From contig NC_058379.1 of NCBI RefSeq assembly GCF_018350175.1, forward strand, positions 76,694,001 through 76,758,000: a stretch of 64,000 nt of DNA. The letters are read 5' to 3'. The DNA is from Felis catus (lineage: Eukaryota). A model generated the notes under the pieces. It did no database searches, had not been told where the DNA came from, and saw only the letters and a list, made by a program, of their open reading frames with translations. Made by a program: the position numbers and the translations under genes. Below are positions 1 to 12,965 of this stretch, piece by piece; position 1 is the stretch's first letter, and the number at the start of each line of letters is the position of its first letter.

Positions 1-594
1 CACGTTTGCACGTTTGAAGGCCGTAAATTCTGCCTTATAACAAGCAGTGATTCTGCCCAGTGCAAAACGATAACCTAGCATGCTTGTCTCCTTTGATATG
101 TGGAGCCAGTGACCGTGAAGATTTCGTCTTCGATATTACCGGTACGGAATGAACGTTGCTCACGGTGTGTGGCTGGCTTTCAGCCACCCAAGGTGACAGA
201 AGGTGGAGTGAGGAATTAGGCCGGGTTCGAAGTAAGGGGCTGCCTAGGAAGGCCTCTGGCCATGAATGGTTGCCTTGTCACCCCAGCATCCGCCGTCCTG
301 TGGTTGACACCTGCAGCTCTCTCCTAGGTGTGTGGCCCTGGGTGCTGTGGCTTCTGGAAGTTTCTAAGGGGACGGCTCAGTTCCGTTTGCAGCCTTTCTT
401 TCCCTAGATGTCATCTCAACACTCTCTTGGAGCCGGCGGCTGATGCTTTTCTGTGTTGGTCCCACTTAGCTTTTTGTAGCGACCCGGCTGACTTCGGCCA
501 CTCCTCCTACCGGTGACCTCGTGCCCTTTTACATCGTGTTCTCTCTTGGAACACGTCTAGTGAGGAGCCCATCCTAGAAGTTTTGCTATTCTTT

Positions 595-637
595 TTTGTT
601 TGTTTTTATTTTTATTTATTTCTTTTAAGTTTATTTT

Positions 638-672
<35 letters not shown>

Positions 673-837
673 AGCAAGCAGGGGAGTGGCAGAGAGTGAG
701 GGAGAGAGAGAATCTCATGCAGGCTCCACACCGCCAGCGCAGAGCCCGATGTGGGGCTTGAACATGAACTGCGAGATCATGACCTGAGCCGAGATCAAGA
801 GTCGGATGCTTAACCGACTGAGCCGCCCGGGTGCCCC
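595..837 (-). mobile_element. CAN-SINE (older SINEC type)
   Basis: Reverse-complement head GGGGCACCCGGGCGGCTCAGTCGG, (CT)n and A-tail. TSD tttgctRttcttt at 582 and 838. Confidence 0.9.
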
Positions 838-2124
838 TTTGCTGTTCTTTATAAAAGGACTTTGAAACATCTGGTATAGAGCCAGCTAGCCATCATAAGT
901 CAATTTGGGCGTCAGGTGTGGAATAAGAACAACAAGCAGAACCAAAAGACGTACCGATTCCACGTGCTCTCGGTTTTCTGTTGGTTGTTTCATTCAAGAT
1001 GCTTTGAACCTGGTGGCCAGGAAAGAGGCATTCTGACGAGGAATCTTCTGTGTTTCACTGGGAGGGAGACGGGGATTGTAATTACTGTTATTTGTCTTGG
1101 AGAAGTTGCAGGCGTAGAGAAAGTGTTGCGTGATCTCGCGTAAATCCCCTTGGTCTGAGTTCTTGGTTTCTCTCGCGCCGGTCGTCTAAACTCCCATCTC
1201 ATAGCTGGGAAGGAACATCACAGACCGTCTGGTCCGTTCCCGCTACCTGACGATACTTCTGACAAGTGGCAGGCTTTTGCTCTCACTCTGGTGCCAAGCG
1301 GCCGGCTCTGGGCGTCAGGGGGCCAGCTACTCTGCCCTTGACCGGGCTTAGCAGCCAGAACTGCCTTCCCTCCAAAAGGCGCGCGTGCCTTCCTGCAGCC
1401 TTCACTCCTTGGTTTGAGGTTTGCCGTCCGCAGCCTCGTAAATGACTTGGCCTCTGCCACCCCACCCCCTTCCGACAGAACGGAGCGAATCTGGTCGTAT
1501 TTTGTCGTTGTTAAACCAGGTTAAACATTCTTAAGTCGTCATGTGACATTTGCTTGTTTATTAACTATCCTGGATTCTCAAAAACATTTTCTTGAGTTAA
1601 TACGTTTAAAGAGTTTTAAATTAAAAGCAGCAAGAAGGCTGTGCCGTGAGACCTGTCCATGTGTCTGTCTGTCTTCCCCCCTCCCCCTGGCCCTAGGCAA
1701 CTAGTTTCTGTTCTCAGAATCAGTCAGTGGTTTCGGTTTCCTGTGTCTTTACAGAGTTTATGCACATGCAAACAAATATCTGTGTTGACATTTGGGCACA
1801 TCTCCTTTCTCCTCACGTGGAGGGTGCTGCGCCCCACGAGGTGCTCTCCACCTGGTCTTTGCACAGGACACTACAGCTTGGGTTTGCAAAGCTGTATGTA
1901 GAGCGCATTCTCATTCCTACGGTTGTTTAGCGTTCTGTTATGTAGATTTTGTCCCCAAACACAGCAAAACAACAGTCTTCCCCCTGAGTCATGCCTCTTG
2001 GAATTGAACATAATGCTGGCCCAGGGTACAGTATGATGGCATTCTCTGCTCTGGACTTTGAATAATACAAGTGGTTTACTGTCACAGCATTGAGTCATAT
2101 TGAGCTTGAGATAAAACCCCAAAG

Positions 2125-2492
2125 TTTTTTTTTTTTTTAATTTAAATTCAAGTTAGTTAACATACAGTGTAGTCTTGGCTTCAGGGGTAGAACCCAGTGG
2201 TTCATCTCATGAATACGACACCCAGGGCTCATCGTGAAAAGTACCCTCTTTAATGCCCGTCACCCATTTTACCCATCCTCCCCACTCCCTCCCCTCCAGC
2301 AACCCTCAGTTTGTTGTCTGTTATTTAAGAGTCTCTAATGTTTTGCCTCCCTTGCTGTAACTATTTTTTTTTCCTTCCATTCCCCCATGGTCTTCTGTTA
2401 AGTTTCTCAGATTCCACATGAGTGCAAACATAGGATGTCTGTCTTGCTCTGATGGCAAGATTTCATTCTTTTTCATTGCCAAGTAGTATTCC

Positions 2493-2541
<49 letters not shown>

Positions 2542-2656
2542 GTCCATTCATCAGCCGATGGACATTTGGGCTCTTTCCATAATCTGGCTATCATGGATAG
2601 CACTGCTATTAAACATTGGGGTGCACGTGCCCCTTCGAATCAGCATTTTTGTATCC
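2125..2656 (-). mobile_element. 5'-truncated carnivore L1 3' end with internal (TG)n
   Basis: T-tail then typical L1 3'UTR reverse complement (catacagtgtagtcttggcttcagg..., gatggacatttgggctctttccat). TSD accccaaag at 2116 and 2657. Confidence 0.85.
2495..2539. repeat. (TG)n microsatellite
   Basis: About 22 perfect TG units. Confidence 0.95.
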
Positions 2657-2666
2657 ACCCCAAAGA

Positions 2667-2896
2667 TTTTTTTTTTTTTTAATTTTTTTTTTTCAACGTT
2701 TATTTATTTTTGGGACAGAGAGAGACAGAGCATGAACGGGGGAGGGGCAGAGAGAGAGGGAGACACAGAATCGGAAACAGGCTCCAGGCTCCGAGCCATC
2801 AGCCCAGAGCCCGACGCGGGGCTCGAACTCCCGGACCGCGAGATCGTGACCTGGCTGAAGTCGGACGCTTAACCGACTGCGCCACCCAGGCGCCCC
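2667..2896 (-). mobile_element. Young CAN-SINE (SINEC_Fc-like)
   Basis: Near-consensus, CpG-intact. TSD caaagattttttt. Confidence 0.95.
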
Positions 2897-2904
2897 ATCA
2901 AAGA

Positions 2905-3003
2905 TTTTTTTTAAAGTAAGCTCTGTGCCAAGCGTGGGGCTCAAACCCATGACCCTGAGACCCAGAGTCACGTGCTGCACCCCTTGAGCCAACCAGGCAC
3001 CCC
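2905..3003 (-). mobile_element. Short older CAN-SINE
   Basis: aagtaagctctgtgcc...gagccaaccaggcacccc, followed by aaaaccccaaagatt. Confidence 0.8.
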
Positions 3004-4950
3004 AAAACCCCAAAGATTCCCCCCCCCCACTTCTGATGCTCTTCCCTCCTGCCCTCTGCATTGGCTCCGGCAGCTGAGCACACGCACCACTGTAAAACTC
3101 CATCCTCAAGATTTGGCCCATCACCCATTCTGATGAAATATTTTTGGCTTCTGATCTACTTTTCTGACATTTTATCCACTTGCATATCAGCCACAAGTTG
3201 GATTTGTAGCTGCCATCGGAATCCTCATCCAAATTTTCCAGGCTCACCATGTTGCCCGGGACGGAGTTAATATTAGAACCCTGTGACATAACACGCCCCT
3301 TCGCCCCCACCTCCCTGGAGTTTTCTAATGGTTATGCTTTAGACAGGAGTTAACAACCGTGCACAACTAAGCCTCACCCCGCTTCAGTATCCGTTCACCC
3401 TCTTGTCGTCATCTTGTCTGGAAGGATATGAGCGCGGTTTGGCCAGAGTCTCTCTCCACTAGGTATGCAGCATACCCTGGAGCAAAAAGGAAACAAGTTC
3501 TCGTGTCTTATTCTTGGCAAACCCTACCTGTAGGTTGTTTTCCTGCCCTAAATGCTCGCAAACTGTTCAGTAATTCACTCTAGAACCTTGCTTTGGATTG
3601 ATGTCATTTTTCCACCCGGTCATGTACTCCCCTTGGGACACGTGGGTGCTGAGCTCTTTTAGTAGTCTTGGACCGCCGTGCTAAGCAAGCCGAGGGATTG
3701 CCCTCTGGCTCTCTGGCGTTGACCGGCTGCATGTGGACCATTATTCTTGCAGCCCCTGTGATCCGCTGTTCTAGCCCCTGCCTTCCGAGAGCGTCGTCTT
3801 TGGCATGACAGCTAATTTTAAAAGCAACGACAACAGAGGATGAGAGAAGAAATCCAGGGCACTGTGGGAACCTTTTGTGGGAGGACCTAACTAGTCTAGG
3901 AGCCCTGGAAAGACATTTTCAGAAAACGTGCTGTGTTAGCGGAGGGCTGAAGGACAAGTAGGAGATAGGAACCACATAGCCACTTGGTGGCTCTGGCAGT
4001 GGGTAAAGGTGTCCCCAGCCCAAGCTGCGTGATTCATAGTATGATCCATAGCTTCTTATCCCTCAGAGTTGGGACATTTGCCCCACCCTTGTGTCTGGTT
4101 CCTCTGGGATGTTGGCAGGTTCTCTTAGCCACTTTGGGAGGTGGCTCAGGACAAGCTGTAGAGCCAGGATGTCCCTGGCACCCTTCTGGTTCTGCTGCTC
4201 GGAGGCCCTGGGTCTCCCAGGCTCCTTCCCGCTGGCCTCAAATGGAGTCAGAAGCATGAGGGCAGGAAGGCTTCAGAGCCGTAGCACAAGAGTGGATATT
4301 ACATCACAAGATCTATATCTCTGTCCGGGAGTCGGGGAGAGTAACCTCTTGCGGATGAAGCCGGGAGCAAATAAGGTATTTGTGGGAGCAAACCAAGAAA
4401 TGGTCTGGAAGTATGTGGCTGGAGAGTTGAGGAACAGCCACGGCTCCAGGGGAGGCGACTTGGGTGCCATCTCCGGGAGGTGGCGTGGAATTTGGTTGCA
4501 GTCTGCGGAGGGGGAGCCTCGTCCTTTTGTGTTGCACGGTGGGAACAGAGCCTGGGAACGGGAGGGCCTGGGCGGGCTGGAGCTCGGGAGATGGAAAGCC
4601 TGGAGAGGTTTCTGTTGGGTGCTGCTGTTTGAAGGCCGGTCCGGAGCCCGGGAGCCTGAGCACTTGTGAGTGGCAGGGTCACCCTGTTGGGGAGGTGAGC
4701 TCAGCGTGCGTTTGGATACTCAAACTAAGCCTTGTTCTCACCAGGCAGGCTCCTGAGTGATTATAATGTGCATTTGTTCGACTTGCCAGCAGAGTAAACG
4801 TGCCAGTCCTGAGGCTTCAGATCCATGTAGTGGGCCATCTCCTCACTATAAAACCCAAAACTCAACACTAAAATGAGTCATCAGCCTTGTTCATATGTGT
4901 CCTCTCTGAGCTTCTGGGAGTCCTTGGTGCACAGATGGATACGAGTCACG

Positions 4951-4954
4951 TTTT

Positions 4955-5017
<63 letters not shown>

Positions 5018-5240
5018 ATGTTTTGTTATTTATTTTTGAGAGTGAGAGAGGCAGAGCACAGCAGGGGAGGGGCAGAGAGAGAGAGAGAGAGAGAGAGAAA
5101 GGGAGACACAGAATTCGAAGTGGGCTCCGGGCTCCGAGCTGTCAGCACAGAGCCTGATGTGGGCTCCAACTCGTGAACCGCGAGATCATGACCTGAGCTG
5201 ATGTCGGCCACTTAACTGACTGAGCCACCCAGGCACCCCC
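4951..5240 (-). mobile_element. CAN-SINE with (TTTC)n-expanded tail
   Basis: SINE body. TSD acRagtcacgttt on both sides. Confidence 0.92.
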
Positions 5241-6241
5241 ACAAGTCACGTTTCTGATCCTACGTGGGGAGAGTCCGACCTGGGAGCATGGAAATCACTC
5301 CGTGGATTGTGTTCTTGGGGGCCCTTTGTAGCCCCCACTGCCTGAAACCCAGAGTTTTTCCAGTGCCTTCTAGTCAGACTACACATTCCACCTAGAAACC
5401 CAGACTCTTCACTCCAGTGGGAGAGGTCACAGTTCTGAGCGCCATGGAAAATACAGAATTTTAGATTTTGAGCTATGATTTTTGGCTTCCAACAAAGTGC
5501 AGTTGTTTATGACGATCATTTTTAGAACTATAAACATAAGATAATTCTTGCATTAGTGATCTTGGGGGAATTGAAACATGTTTCCTGTCTTATGATTCGA
5601 GGTCTGGAACAAAAGAACCATTGATAAATGGATTCTTTGAAGACCTTTTACATGGAGCTTTACCAACTCTTCTGGTAAAAAGAGAATTTTTAATTAGTGG
5701 AAGAGAATGACTATGTCCTTTGAGCTGGAACTCTTGCTAGCTCATTCATTTCATGGACACTGTTCAGTGGCACCCTCCTTTCCTGTCTGCACAATCACTG
5801 AATTACTGTGGGTTTTTGGCATCCAAGAATTGAGTGTTGCTCATGGAGAGCCTCTCTGAGAATCTGTCCACACCTGGAAGAATTTGCATTCTTGCTGTGG
5901 TGTACGTTTGAGTCCTGTTCGGTCTGAGGCCCATGGGAGTGGGAACGTCCCTTAGCATGTGACCGATCCCAGCCACCGCCCGCCGTGAACACTTCAGCCT
6001 ACCGCCGGCCCCACCTTCTCCCCTTCTTTAGAGATTGATTTTCCAGGTGAAATGGTGCGGGTTAGCGCTATCCACACAGACTACCACGGCCCTGCTCTAC
6101 TCAGAAGTCGGAAACAAAGACATCTGTTGTCACTGAAAGAAAGCAATGCAAAGCTAGCACTTGGAAGGCACAGGTCAAAACTGCACGTAGTTGTAGGAGG
6201 AGTGGGGAGGGGGCCGCACCTGCAGGAGTCAGCCTAAGCTG

Positions 6242-6283
6242 TGGCAAGAGACCCGACAGAATTGGCAAGAGACCCGACAGAAT
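6242..6283. repeat. Perfect 21-bp tandem duplication
   Basis: tggcaagagacccgacagaat x2. Confidence 0.9.
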
Positions 6284-6865
6284 CTGACAGGTGCTCCTCC
6301 AGCAACAGTCCTGTGTTTGTGGAGCAGTGGATGTGGCTTCCTCCCTCGTCCAGCCGTCTCCTCCCACTGCTCGCCTCCGCAGGCCTCCTCCTGGCTCCCT
6401 CCGTGGTTAGCTGTCAGCTCTTAGCCCTTATCTGAGTTTCCTACGTGCCCTTTCCCTCCAAGTATTATCCACATCGCCTTCTCTTAAAGCGACCAAGAAC
6501 GCCTCTTGGGGGTTTACCTCTCTTCTCGCCCTCTGAATACGTTTCCCCATGAATACTGCGCAAGCCTGAGCAACCTGGTTACGGTTCTGGCCTCATCATC
6601 CACACACACTCCGGGGTCTCTTTCACACGCTCCCTTGCCCTCCCTCTCAAGGTGCCCTCCTGTTTCTTCTTTGTCCGAAAGATACGTTCCTCCCTTTTGC
6701 TCGGTCTTCGGGGCCTGGCTCAAATGTCTGTTCATCTGAGGCTTGCCCCAGCTTTCTGGCCCATTTCCTTCTCCCCGCCTCTTACACGTGCATTAATTTC
6801 TCCTTCTGAATTCCTGCAGGTTAACATTCACTGCTGCTATTAAGTTGACCACATCATCTTGTGAT

Positions 6866-6925
6866 CGTGTGTGTGTGCACGCGCGCGCGTGTGTGTGTGT
6901 GTGTGTATGTGTGTGTGTGTGTGTG
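6866..6925. repeat. Alternating purine-pyrimidine (TG)n/(CG)n tract
   Basis: 60 nt of uninterrupted alternation, including cgcgcgcgcg. Confidence 0.9.
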
Positions 6926-7367
6926 GTTCTCCCGGCACAGGAAGGGAAAGTCCTGTAGGCTTGAACTCTGTCTTACTGTTTCCATATTCCATGTACCATG
7001 CTCAGAGCGGGGTGAGCACTCGGGGCTCGCTGACGACACGGACGTGAGTGCACCGGATGAATGGGTGCTGTGTGGGCAGGGCCAGTGGAAGGTGGGACTA
7101 ATGAGGTGGCAGGTGAATTAGGACGGAGAGAAGCTGCCACACATCAACAGCAGGTACTCAGGATGGGGCATAATAGATGCCCAGTAGCTTGCGGAAAAAG
7201 GAGCAGTTGAGGTTCCGGTGGTGGGTGTTGAATCCTCCCACTATCGGTGATAAATTGAGGCTGTGGGATGAAGAAGGGGTGAATTGAGAGTTGTTTTAAA
7301 GGCGGACAGAAGTTTCACAGCTCCTCTCCAATGTTGTTATTCTTTCCAGAATTAAAAAAAAAATTCA

Positions 7368-7558
7368 GGGGCGCCTGGGTGGCTCAGTCGGTTAAGTGTC
7401 TGACTCCTAATTTCGGCTCAGGTCATGATCTCATGGTTCACAAAGATCGAGCCCCACGTTGGGCTCTGTGCTGACAGCGTGGAGCCTGCTTGGGATCCTC
7501 TCTCTTCCCCTCCCCCATGTGTGTGTGCTTACTCTCTTTCAAAATAACATTCAAAAAA
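7368..7558 (+). mobile_element. CAN-SINE
   Basis: GGGGCGCCTGGGTGGCTCAGTCGG head. TSD aaaaaattca. Confidence 0.9.
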
Positions 7559-7956
7559 ATTCATACTGATAATCACGTACCCTGAATTTTCGGGAGTGGT
7601 CTCAGTTTGAAATATCGACTGTACTTATAGGGTGCTGGTTCTGTACTTAAAAGAAACAATACAGCCACTGCACCTGTATTGAACACGTCACTAAGTTCTG
7701 TTAATTTTACCTTCTAGAGGCCACTGCTTTTTACACGATAGAAAACATAAGCAATAGTCTTTACTTTTTCACTGGTATCTTCCTTGTCTTGAACGTTGCC
7801 CCAGTACGTAAGAAAACCTTGACTTAGCCGAGAGATAAATTGGACTGCAATTATTACATGGGATTCTCCACGTGCCTTGATTCTCCATTGCTGTGTTACA
7901 GATGCCCCCCAAATCTGTCAGTGTAAAACAACAAAAGCAGCTTATCTGGGTGGTTC

Positions 7957-8044
7957 TGACTCGGGGCCCAATCCCACGGACCGTGAGATCACGACCCGAG
8001 CCGAAATCAGAGTTGGACACTTACCTGACCGAGCCAGGTGCCCC
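7957..8044 (-). mobile_element. CAN-SINE 5' fragment
   Basis: Only the tRNA-related head region (accgtgagatcacgacccgagccgaaatc...ggtgcccc). Confidence 0.7.
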
Positions 8045-8699
8045 ATGCGGACGTACGTTAAAACCGCACAGTCTGATTTCTGAAAGTTTGTCACCTTGAG
8101 CATTAGAATTACAAGTCTGCTCCGAGGCCATCCTTTTCCTGGTCCCCGTACGTGAACTTCTCTCAGTGGCATAATGACAGCCATAATCTGGCGGAGGTTG
8201 AGGAATTTAGGGTATGCACAGCCTGCAGTTTCTGCAGTTTTCTCAGGAGCCAACAGCCCTGGGACTTGCACTTGCTGAGGATGTTCTGTGTGGGGCTGAC
8301 AGTGGCAGACAGATCCAGAGGATGGAGCTGTGAGTTGGGGCTGTTTGCTGTCAACAGGACTATGTGAGCTTGAGGTGGACGTGCGGTCCAGTGTTGGGCT
8401 CCTTTCCTGTGACATCCTGTGTCTTTGTCCTCACCACACATATCTTCGGTTTCTGTCCCACCCCTGTGTTACAGGTGCATGATAGGTATGGGTATGTCCG
8501 ACCTCCACAATTGACTGTAAGCCCCTCAAGGGCAGAGAGGAAGTTGTCTTGATGACTTTTGTGTTCTTGTTTGCTAGCACAGTGCGTGAACATGATGTGC
8601 TCATCACATTTTCATGGAATAAACAGAAGGTCGAAGTAGAGAACAGAGAGAGAGAGAAAGAGAGAGAGAGAGCACGCGCGCAAGAAACTAGGAGAGGTA

Positions 8700-8915
8700 G
8701 GGGTGCCTGGGTGGCTCAGTCGGTTAAGCATCCGATTCTTGATTTCGGCTCAGGTTATGATCTCACGGGTTTGTGGGATCGAGCCCCGTGTCAGGCTCTG
8801 TGCTGACGGTGTGGAATCTGCTTGGGATTCTTTCTCTTCCTCTCTCTCTCTCTCTCTGCCCCTCCCCTGCTCATGCATTCTCTGTCTCAAAAATAAGTAA
8901 ACATAAAAAAAAAAA
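8700..8915 (+). mobile_element. CAN-SINE
   Basis: Head, (CT)n and A-tail. Confidence 0.9.
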
Positions 8916-9197
8916 GGAGAGGGGGCAGCAGTGTGAGGTGGGGGACCCATCAAGGGAGTGAAGAGGGGAGCGAGTTTAGAGAGTAGGAATCAGGGTGGAA
9001 AAGGCAGAGCTGAAGAGGACAGGAATAAGGGATGAGGTCAGGGATGAGAGGAGATTTAAAACGAGGCATGAAATAGGATCTTGGCTCGTAACCAAAGCAA
9101 GAGCAGGCAGGAGTGGGAAGATTAACGGTTATCTGCTGTGTAGTGGGCACAGCGGGGGCACTTTCTGTACGTTACCTTATTTAATTTCACTTCAAGT

Positions 9198-9281
9198 CGA
9201 AGTAAGCTCTATGCCCAACGCAGGGCTGGAACCCATGACCCTGAGATCAAGAGTATCTCTCAATGGAGCCAGCCAGGCGCT
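9198..9281 (-). mobile_element. Short older CAN-SINE
   Basis: agtaagctctatgcccaac...gagccagccaggcgct. Confidence 0.7.
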
Positions 9282-10959
9282 ACAAGCTTACTTACTTTTT
9301 TAAAGCAACTGAAGTTAATTGACCTCTGTGAAACTTACATATTTCAGTGCATAAAGATACTGATCATCCCTTTACACCAGGGAGTGTTTACTGTGAGCCT
9401 GAAAAGTTTACGGGTAATAGTTTGAACTATAAATACACTGCAGAATATGGAAGGTAAACACATAAATTAATTTAGGGGCGAATGACGAAGATGTGCAAGT
9501 CCCTGACCTGGGTCTTATCCTTGTCCACTTGAATGGCTGGTGTATGTGATACCTGGGCTCACTGGAGATGTGTGAGAAAGAGTACTATTTCCTAACACAG
9601 CTGTCCCCTTTTGGGAGTAAGATCAGCCACCATTGTGGAGATTAAGGGACAAAATATACAAAGTTACCTTCTCCGAGCAGTTTCACAGGAGAAAAGGTCA
9701 ATTCTAGTAGCTTACTTTGAGTTGGGATTTGAGGTTTATTTTATCACAGGAGCAAATTTGACAGATTATGTATATGATATGGGTAGGCACGGAAATTTGG
9801 AAACCACTTATACACCGTTTATATGAGCAGGTGTCTGAGCTGGAAACCACACCATCTTAAGCGTGAACCTTTGGAATACCACCTGTTCAGAAGCGGGGAC
9901 TTCCGCTCTGCCACCCATCCGGGACTTGGGCTCCTTATCTTGTTTTAGGCCTTCAGGAAGAATTAGGCAATGAAGTGGAAAAGAAATACACACGTCAAGG
10001 GCATAGGATCATCCCCGTTGGGCAATAACAACACAAAAGCAATGGATGACCATTCACAGGAAGAGACCCTGAGCGTCGTGAGGATACCTCGGGTTGTTTG
10101 GCCTCACCTCTTCTGTGCCTGTGCTTTCTCTGCATTGCACGGTCTAGCTCCACATAATACCTTCGTGGTCCTAAGCCACCTTAGTTAAATATTTAATTCT
10201 ACCAGAGTCATAACCAGGGACCGAAATGTCATGCGTAGGTTTTATGAAAGTCATAAAATGCTTCAGAAGGTCCCATTTGCTCGGCTTGGAACCCATTGCA
10301 TCTGATAAATGAGTCACACACCTGATCATGTGTTTCCTTACAGAACTACGATGGCTGCTGATCGGTATGCACACTTATTCTTTAGAGGAAACAGAGATAA
10401 GAAGTTTTTGCTGAAGATCTAAAACTCATGTGTAAAAACTGTTTTTATAGAGTAGCATTCTCTTTCCTCCTCCCCTGCCCCATAGCCTCAGAGGGAGGTG
10501 AAATTTCCTTTGACAGCTGCTTGTAAATAGGAAGTGTTCAATAAAGGCCCCCTCTTCTTTTCATCTCCCAGCTGTTGCCTGCATATTACGTAAGAGCGTC
10601 CTTTTCACATCTCCCAGCTCCCATATGTGCAGCTACATGTGCCTTTGTGAGTTTGCGCAAATATAACTTGTAGGTTTTTATTACGACAAAAGAAGGCTTA
10701 TTTATTTTAGAAATACAGAAACCTAGATTCCTAAGCTTGTGATTTTAAATTTTTCTTAGGGGTTTTTTTTTTTTTTTGGCATTTCTACAGAAATTGAATT
10801 TCCAGACAAAAATATTTAATGTTTCAAAAGGAAAAAATGTAGATAATCGTAAAGTTATCTGGTATCCAGAGATAATCACTGCTAATGTCCTTTTGACGGC
10901 TTTCTCTGTGCATATATGCATAATAGGTATTTATTGAAAATTGATTGTATCGTATATGA

Positions 10960-11330
10960 GCGAAGCTAACTGCTAAAGCAACCTGCCGTTTTCAGTGGGA
11001 AGAAACAGTACGGGTCTGTTTCCAGCTCACTGTCCTGGCAAGGTCAGTAGGTGATGGTGAAGCGGGCAGGATGAGGTAGGGATGCTCCCTCCCTCTACAT
11101 TCCTTTCACGGAGTTTTTCCCCTTCTTGCCTTCAGGATTTTCTCCGTTGAGCCAGGGGAAGAGAATGGAGGGAGGATGAATGGGAGGGTCTTATGGGCCA
11201 GGTCTGGAAAATGCACACATCATATCCGTGCACATTCCACTGGCCAGAACCTAGTCACGTGACCACCTAACTGCAAGGAATGCTGGGAAATGTAGTCTGA
11301 GTGGAAAAGGCAAACAGCTTATTGACCACC
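10960..11330. mobile_element. MLT1-family (MaLR) LTR remnant
   Basis: cacattccactggccagaacctagtcacgtgaccacctaactgcaaggaatgctgggaaatgtagtc resembles the recalled MLT1 core. Boundaries approximate. Confidence 0.6.
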
Positions 11331-11362
11331 TTGCTTATTTCTAACTCAGTTGTATAAGCCAG

Positions 11363-11588
11363 TTTTTTTTTTTTAATTTTTTTTTCAACGTTTATTTATT
11401 TTTGGGACAGAGAGAGACAGAGCATGAACGGGCGAGGGGCAGAGAGAGAGGGAGACACAGAATCGGAAACAGGCTCCAGGCTCTGAGCCATCAGCCCAGA
11501 GCCCGACGCGGGGCTCGAACTCATGGACCGCGAGATGGTGACCTGGCTGAAGTCGGACGCTTAACCGACTGTGCCACCCAGGCGCCCC
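11363..11588 (-). mobile_element. Young CAN-SINE (SINEC_Fc-like)
   Basis: TSD taagccagttttttt at 11355 and 11589. Confidence 0.95.
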
Positions 11589-11596
11589 TAAGCCAG

Positions 11597-11786
11597 TTTT
11601 TTTTTTTTTTAATTTTAATTTTTAGAGAGAGAGGGCATGAGCAGGGGAGGCGGGAGAGAGAGAGAATCCCAAGCAGACAAGCACCGTCAGCACAGAGCCC
11701 GATTCAGGGCTCAAACCCATAAGCCATGAGATCATGACGTGAGCCGAAGTCGGATGTTTAGCCAACTGAGCCACCCAAGGTACTCC
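11597..11786 (-). mobile_element. Older CAN-SINE
   Basis: Diverged body. Degenerate TSD ttgtRtaaSccaKtttt. Confidence 0.85.
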
Positions 11787-11829
11787 TTGTGTAACCCATT
11801 TTTGAAACTTTCTTTTATAAACCAAGTTG

Positions 11830-12720
11830 TTTATTTGCAACATGGGCACCTCTCCATCTCAGTCCTGTGGGAACCCCTCCCATCTTTTGCCAGATCTCTT
11901 CCTGATTGGTCTGTTTTTGTGCTTGTTCCCCTGTAGTCTGATCTTGCACAGCAAACCAAGGTGGTCTTTTAAAAATTCAAGTCAAAGGGCACCTGGGTGG
12001 CTTAGCCGGTTGAGCGTCTGGCTCTTGCCTTAGGTCATGATCTCATGATCCATGAGTTTGAGCCCCGTGTCAGGCTCTCTGCTGACCGTGCATAGCCTGC
12101 TTACAATTTTCTCTTTCTCTCTCTCTCTCTCTGCCCTTCCTGCATGCTCTCTCTCTCTCTCTCTCCCCCAAAATAAAGAAATAAACTTTAAAAAAAATCA
12201 GTTATTAAAAAGTCAAGTCAACTGTTGTCACTCCCCTGCTTAAAACTTAACAGAGATGATTGGAATAATGCTTTCTATGGAAGCTGACCTTTCAGGTTTC
12301 TGGCCCCTCTAGACCACTCCCTCCACTCTTGCCTCTCTCTTCAATGCCAGACCTGCTCCCCAAGGCCTTGGGACTTGCTGTCACCTCTGCATGAAAATCC
12401 CCACCGCCTGCATCACCCTCTGTCTCCTTTGGGTTCAGCTCAGGTGTCTGCTCCCCAGAGATGCCTTTCCGGACCAGCAGCCTTTAACCTCCTTCCCCTG
12501 TTCCTCTACTTAGTTACTTTTTATTTAGCTCCCATCGTGTCGCCAAAGCACTTACCACCATCAGGAATTCTTGCTTGTTTGCGATATATATTTATATTCT
12601 GTCTGCCTTCTGGATTGTAGGTTCCTTGAGGCAGGAAGTCTGTCTTGCTCCTGTCTATACCCACAGATAATATGTCTGGCACATAGTGGGTACTTAGTAA
12701 ACATTCGTGGAATGAGTGAA
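11830..12720 (+). mobile_element. L2 3' fragment, interrupted by a SINE
   Basis: Ends tggcacatagtgggtacttagtaaacattcgtggaatgagtgaa, typical of an L2 3' terminus. Confidence 0.7.
11986..12206 (+). mobile_element. CAN-SINE inside L2
   Basis: TSD aaaaaKtcaagtcaa. Confidence 0.88.
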
Positions 12721-12744
12721 GGTGGTGACAGAATCTTACGCATT

Positions 12745-12965
12745 AAAAAAAATTTTTTTTTAATGTTTTATTTTTGATAGAGAGAGAGAGAGACAGAGCA
12801 CAAGTGGGGGAGGGGCGGAGAGAGAGGGAGACACAGAATCGGAAGCAGGCTGCAGGCTCCGAGCTGTCAGCACAGAGCCCGACACGGGGCTCGAACTCAC
12901 GAACCGCGAGATGATGACCTGAGCCGAAGCCAGACGCTCAACCGACTGAGCCACCCAGGCGCCCC
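12745..12965 (-). mobile_element. CAN-SINE
   Basis: TSD aatcttacRcatt at 12732 and 12968. Confidence 0.93.

Noticed and set aside
1-3000. Ortholog of the human upstream alternative first exon (MRRLAFEQ-type, as recalled)
   Set aside because: No matching ATG/donor sequence found. It is probably outside the window or not conserved.
7368-7460. tRNA-like A/B-box sequences
   Set aside because: They are heads of tRNA-derived SINEs, followed by (CT)n and A-tails, not tRNA genes.
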